A DNA stretch of 64,000 nucleotides, taken from Octopus vulgaris (taxonomy: Eukaryota). Positions 61,304-64,000 of this stretch are shown in pieces (the first letter of the stretch is position 1; each line of letters begins with the position of its first letter). Where the stretch lies: NCBI GenBank assembly GCA_951406725.2, contig OX597837.1:23684001-23748000 (forward strand). The letters run 5' to 3'. Made by a program: the position numbers and the translations under genes. The notes beneath the pieces were generated by a model. It was not told where the DNA came from. It made no database searches and saw only the letters and a list, made by a program, of their open reading frames with translations.

Positions 61304-61626
61304 ATCCCAGCATCTCCATCAAAATACAAGACCAGATACTGCAACAGCTTGGGTTTCAAGGGCTCATAAGCTCTTCAATAATATCCTTCCAAAATGCCTG
61401 AGAGGCCTGCATAGTGTGGATGTAGGTGTCTCCAAGACAAAACTGGATCTCCTCCTGTCAAGGCTTTCAGATGAGCTTACCTCATGGCAGGAAACACAGA
61501 TGAGGACAGTGGTATCAAATTCCTTTATTCACCAAATGTCACATATCAGAGGAGGTTTCAAATAATGGTGTAGCAGAGTCAACGGTGGTGCCCCAGAATG
61601 ACTGCAACTTTGAAGCTGAAACAGTT
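61304..61626 (+). pseudogene. CR1-clade LINE 3' end (ORF2 C-terminus and short 3' UTR)
   Basis: TRYCNSLGFKG / KLFNNILPKCLRGLHSVDVGVSKTKLDLLLSRLSDE...SNSFIHQ matches the CR1 LFN.LP..LR...FK..LD..L...PDEP pattern; one frameshift. Confidence 0.75.
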
Positions 61627-61674
61627 TATAGATTTAATGGTTTATATATACACACACACACTCACACTTACATG

Positions 61675-61818
61675 ACAGGCTTCTTTCACTTTCCGCCTAT
61701 CAAATCCACTCACAAGGCTTTAGTTGGCCTGAGTCCATTGTAGAAGACACTTGCCCAAGGTGCCACACAGTGGGACTGAACCCGAAACTAGTTGGATGAG
61801 AAGCAAGCTTCTTACCAC
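61675..61818 (-). mobile_element. SINE-A 5' half
   Basis: Homology to the window copies. Confidence 0.75.
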
Positions 61819-61844
61819 TGCAAAGTATTCTATCCAATAGTCTA

Positions 61845-62130
61845 ATCATCATCATCATTTAACATCCATGTTCTATGCTGGGCATGGGTTGGACAGTTTG
61901 ACAGGATCCGCTAAGTTTAAGGACTTTATCATGCTCCACTGTCTGTGTTAGCATGGTTTCTACTGCTGGATGCCTTTCTGTGCGACCAGTATTAATGAGG
62001 TCACCATGCAGCTCACAAGTCTACAAAACCCAAGGAATGGGGTTGCATCCTTCTGTTATGTGGGGGCTAAGGTATGAGAGGAGACCGTTGGAGCACAACA
62101 GAATCTTGTTGTAGGGTAACTTCATGGCTG
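61845..62130 (-). mobile_element. Diverged RTE-type 3' end, related to 890-1170
   Basis: (CAT)n TTTAACATCCATG..GCATGGGTTGGAC..GAGGTCACC..TAAGGTATGAGAG. Confidence 0.6.
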
Positions 62131-62557
62131 CTAACATTTAGGATAGATAATGATTCTGCCAGTTGTCCAGCTTAGTAATACATCAGAATAGATCTAATCA
62201 ATTATATTTCATTAAGCTTCAAATTGATGGCATCTATCTAGTCAGCTAAAATTCGATAATGTTTTTCTTTAATTATAGTATCACATCTGGCGTATGTAGG
62301 ATGAGTTTAGCCCCGGGTCAGTCTTAAACAAGTAGACCAGTGAGGAAAGGCATTCTAGCCATCATTCTGTTTTTATCTTTTCTTCTTTTATCTTTTACTT
62401 CTGAGGGTCAAACAAATTGAACCCAGGACATTTTTTCTTGAAACCTGGTTCTTATTCTATCAATTTCTTTCTTGGCAAACATTTAAGTTACAGGGCTGTA
62501 AACAAACCAACACTGGTTGTCATCCAGTGATGGGGGGGCAGACTCAAAGATATGTAG

Positions 62558-62823
62558 ATATCATGTGATCATGTGACTGATCAGACTATCAGATGTTGTC
62601 ACACATCGCTGGTCACAATGTGTTTTGCATCATTTTGGCCATTGAATGATGCCACCCCACTGGCTAGACAAGCAGGCCAACATTACTCCTTGGTCAATCG
62701 GGATAGTGGAGCAATATGAAATGAAGTGTTTTGCTCCGGAACACAACTCGCTGCCCAGTCTGGGAATTGAGCCCATGATCTAGCAATCGTGAGTGCAACA
62801 GCCTAACCACTAGGCCATACGCC

Positions 62824-62827
<4 letters not shown>
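62558..62827 (-). mobile_element. SINE with SINE-B-type head and a third kind of tail (CACATGAT repeats)
   Basis: Minus strand GAAGGCGTATGGCCTAGTGGTTAGG...GTTGTGTTCCGGAGCAAAACACTT, then unrelated 3' sequence. Confidence 0.65.
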
Positions 62828-62882
<55 letters not shown>

Positions 62883-63068
62883 AATTATTTGACAGGCTTC
62901 CTTCAGTTTTTTTCTATTGATGATATATACATAAATACAATGGAGTTCAATAGAGATTTTTGTCTCCAAAATTCACTCACAATGCCTCAGGCATCTAACA
63001 GCTACAGTAGGAGACACTTGCCCAAGGCCACAATATGGGACTGAACCTGAATCTACATGGCTGAATGG

Positions 63069-63399
63069 GAGACCCCCTTTGGTTATGAATGACCATGGGA
63101 TTGCACCTAGAGAGTTACCCTCCGAGGTACAAGTCTAGGCAAGGTTGTTTATGAATGCCCAGCACTCTCTCATGCATACCAGCCTCCCCTCTTCACACCA
63201 CAGATGTTATCCAAGGGAAAGGCAAAGGCCAATACAGCCTGGCACCAGTGATGTTGCAACTCATTTCTACAGCTGAATGAACTGGAGCAACATGAAATAA
63301 AGTGTCTTGCCCAAGAACACACAGCCTGGTCTGGGAATCTAACTCACAACCTCATGATCATAAGCTCGACACTCTAACCACTGAGCCATGCACCTTCAC
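63069..63399 (-). mobile_element. SINE-B
   Basis: Reverse complement of 38927-39273. Confidence 0.85.
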
Positions 63400-63800
63400 A
63401 TGGCTAAGTATTGAACCTTTTAATCAGGAAAATAAATTGATGTCCTTGATTCGAGGAAACAAAGACTGCTTTAACTTTGGGAGATAGTTTGAGCTAAATA
63501 AAGGCCCTGGAAGTCTCAGATTACCATATTCCTTATAGAATACATTGTGTTACATATTCAGAATAATTTTGAAAATAATGAAGAATTTGGAGGAATTTGG
63601 TAAAATGACTTTTTCTTTGCTGTGGAACCATGTCAGTGACAAGGTTACAATTTTGCAATGAATATTTTGATATGTCATGAAATAAATTTAAATTTAAATT
63701 GAATTTAACAACTTTATCTGTTATTAATTATCTGGAATGGCTTCACCAATGTAGAATTATTTTATTTCACATTTTGTGCTTGGAACAGAACTAAAAAGGT

Positions 63801-63913
63801 TTAACCCTTTGCTATTTAATCCAGCCATATCTGGCTTAAATATTCTACCTGTTTTTATGTTAAAACTGACCACTTCCAACCTCTCACACCTACCCTACAA
63901 TGTTATTTTAAAG
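63801..63913. mobile_element. piggyBac-like MITE end
   Basis: TTAA-CCCTTT..., reverse complement of the 3' part of 13293-13764. Confidence 0.65.
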
Positions 63914-63916
63914 ACA

Positions 63917-64000
63917 TACCGGTGGCACGTAAAAAGCACCAACTGATCATAGTTGTTGACAGCCTCCTCTGGCCCCTGTACCGGTGGCATGTAAAAAGCA
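63917..64000 (+). mobile_element. RTE 3' UTR hairpin units, cut by the window end
   Basis: CCGGTGGCACGTAAAAAGCACC-type unit twice. Confidence 0.75.

Overview
Repeat-saturated, AT-rich eukaryotic DNA, intronic or intergenic. The SINE, RTE, R4/Dong and CR1 repertoire and the microsatellite density point to an octopus (coleoid cephalopod) genome; this is my inference from repeat recognition, not a database result. I find no intact protein-coding gene: the long ORFs in the track are microsatellite or transposon artefacts. Content: at least four tRNA-headed SINE families (my labels SINE-A to D), many RTE LINE 3' ends, decayed R4/Dong, CR1, L1/Tx1-like and Tc1/mariner fragments, several MITEs (piggyBac-like, hAT, mariner, Helentron-type) and three minisatellites that arose inside transposons. 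Two signals stand out. (1) Six hammerhead-ribozyme motifs from three short, probably Penelope-like element families; the four on the + strand sit in elements abutting (TA)n. One is a fully canonical type I hammerhead at 11895-11940 (-), and a second copy of it ends at the predicted cleavage site. (2) Three long, sequence-unrelated fold-back hairpins (arms 72-198 bp) share one asymmetric (TA)n-flanked architecture, and two of them lie directly downstream of a hammerhead element. Coordinates of decayed repeats are approximate.
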